Assembly: GCF_009914755.1 (NCBI RefSeq)
Contig: NC_060940.1
Length of the DNA stretch: 64,000 nt
Direction: 5' to 3' (one strand)
Source of the DNA: the human T2T-CHM13v2.0 reference genome, Homo sapiens
The translations under genes and the position numbers were made by a program. The notes below the pieces were generated by a model, which had not been told where the DNA came from, searched no databases, and saw only the letters and a program-made list of their open reading frames with translations. Below, piece after piece: positions 62,027 through 64,000 of the stretch; the first letter of the stretch is position 1, and each line of letters begins with the position of its first letter.

Positions 62027-62398
62027 TAAAATAAAGAGTAGACTAGAAAACCAAATGCAGTATAATCTCAACACTGTTTATATATATAGATAGATATAGA
62101 TATATTATATAAACAGAAAATTAAATGTGCTGGAATAGTACCTCTAGTGGCTCTGGATAGAGGGATTATGGCTTTAAATAGTTTTTTTTCCCCCATTTTT
62201 TCCCCCTAGTTTTCTATATTGGGTTACATTTTATAAATCAGTAATTACCAAATAAACACTATTTTTAAAAGAGAAAGAGAAGTCGCTATGGCCCAAAATC
62301 ACCTCCCCAGGCAATTTCAAATCTAATCCACTGGAAACATAGGTCAACTCATCAGATACGCCTTAGCTTAGCAAGTTACCATGTTAAAATGTCCCATG

Positions 62399-62693
62399 GG
62401 CCAGGCACAGTGACTCACGCCTGTAATCCCAGCACTTTGGGAGGCTGAGGTGGGCAGATCATGAGGTCAGGAGTTCAATACCAGCCTGGCCAAGATGGTG
62501 AAACCTAGTCTCTACTAAAAATACAAAAAGATTAGCTGAGCATGGTGGCAGATACCTGTAATCCCAGCTACTTGGGAGGCTGAGGCAGAGAATGGCTTCA
62601 CCCCGGGAGGCGGAGGTAGCAGTGGGCAGAGATGGGACCACTGCACTCCAACCTGGGCGACAGAGGGAGACTCCGTGAAAAAAAAAAAAAAAA
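62399..62693 (+). mobile_element. Alu (AluSg-type)
   Basis: TSD-like AAAAT[G/C]TCCCATG. Confidence 0.93.
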
Positions 62694-63836
62694 TCTCCCA
62701 TGATCAGGAGTTGCTGGTTGTTCTGTGCCCCATGCTAAACAGTGCAGGGAGAATGGTTGGCTCCAGGCTTCCTATAAGATACCAGTTTTGGTCACCATGT
62801 CTGGACCTTTTTTTCAATCTCTACTGGGGTAGACTGAGGCAGAAGAAAGTCCATTTTTTTTCACCTATGTGTTTTCTGTTCTTTTAAAATTCTACTTAAT
62901 TTACTAAATGTGCCTAGCTGAATTCACCCTTCTTGTGGACTGCTGAGCCAAGACTAACTGCTATACCCCAGCTCTGATTGCCCAACAAGACCACATTCTG
63001 CTTTAAAGGTTGCTTGGGCTCTGCTGTAACTAAAAAAGGAATGATTTAGGCCTGAGAGTTTCATCCTAAGAAACATCTACCGGTGGCGGACGTGGTCATT
63101 CGAACACTTTCAAGACACTCTTAAAATGGAACCATGTCTAGCAACACTGTCTCCTCTGGTGTCTTTATTTCAAAACACTCACGGCAGCAGGGAACTTAAA
63201 AGAAGCTCGCTGAAAACCTCATCGTGGAAGGAGTAAGAAATTAAACACGATAAGCATTTTCCCTTTTAGGATAAAAGTGCGCAAGAGAAAACACTATCTC
63301 TGGGATCCTAGGTTTGCCTGAAACACATTTTACGCTGGAAATCAGATCCTAACGTTAAATCAGCTAATCTTTCACATTTCCACCACATCCCCATTTCTAA
63401 CCTTAGCCCCAAATTAAGTCAGGATTCCAGGCATAGCTGGCATACTTGGGTTTGTCTGGGTAAGTTAAATGGTCAAATAGTATTAGCCAAATTCCTACAG
63501 AGTCCTGTACCTGGTATGCCAAACACTAAGGAAAAAGCAAGCGGATATCTGCTTACAAAGTCAATAATCTAACATAGGGGGAGAGTCTGGGGTAGGCTAT
63601 GGGGGAAGGCTGGTCTAGGGCATAGAACTGGGGGGCTGGAGAGAAAGAATGATGTCGTGAACAGCAGACATTCTCTTCAAGGAACAGACAGTAAATACCT
63701 GGGGCTTTCTCGGTCTAGGCCAAGAGGTAAAGTGAAAGCTATCATATGGGTACTTATCAAACCATTTAAAATGTAACCACTTAAAAATATAAAAAACGTT
63801 TTTTCTTCACAGGGCCATTTAAAAAATCCATGCTGG

Positions 63837-64000
63837 GGCCGGGCACAGTGGCTCACACCTGTAATCCCAGCATTTTGGGAGACCGAGGCGGGCGGATCAC
63901 GAGGTCAGGAGATGAGACCATCCTGGCTAACACAGTGAAAGCCCGTCTCTACTAAAAATACAAAAAATTACCCCGGCGTGGTGGCGGGCACCTGTAGTCC
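63837..64000 (+). mobile_element. AluY-like (cut by window edge)
   Basis: Left arm and start of right arm. Confidence 0.93.

Overview
Primate (very likely human) non-coding genomic DNA. I find no credible protein-coding exon, RNA gene or CRISPR array; the ORF track is explained by Alu/L1/LTR sequence, microsatellites and chance. The window has three parts. (1) About 40-13,100 is almost free of transposons and looks regulatory: a GA-rich tract with a candidate minus-strand first exon (donor at 1603), CCAAT/GC boxes, an interrupted (CTG)2 TTG (CTG)18 TTG repeat at 4611-4676, and a CTCF-like motif near an AP-1 site at ~8.2 kb. (2) About 13-36 kb is unique sequence with motif-rich islands, scattered Alus, a MER41A solo LTR and an MLT1C LTR. 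(3) About 36.6-64 kb is dense, nested repeats: a fragmented old L1M hosting L1PA, L1MC pieces, MER2B and a near-full-length ancient mariner with both TIRs, plus L2, MER4B, MLT1C, MER91A and about 20 Alus. The layout suggests a distal promoter or cis-regulatory region of a large developmental gene on the minus strand. From memory only (unverified) it may be the far-upstream ZFHX3 region on 16q22. The most interesting items are the promoter-adjacent CAG/CTG repeat, which lies in an ATG-initiated polyCys ORF and in a polyGln frame blocked by one stop codon, the mariner fossil, and a pair of inverted Alus sharing a rare variant. I cannot support a genuinely new multi-gene system. Repeat subfamily names come from recalled consensus sequences and need RepeatMasker/Dfam confirmation.
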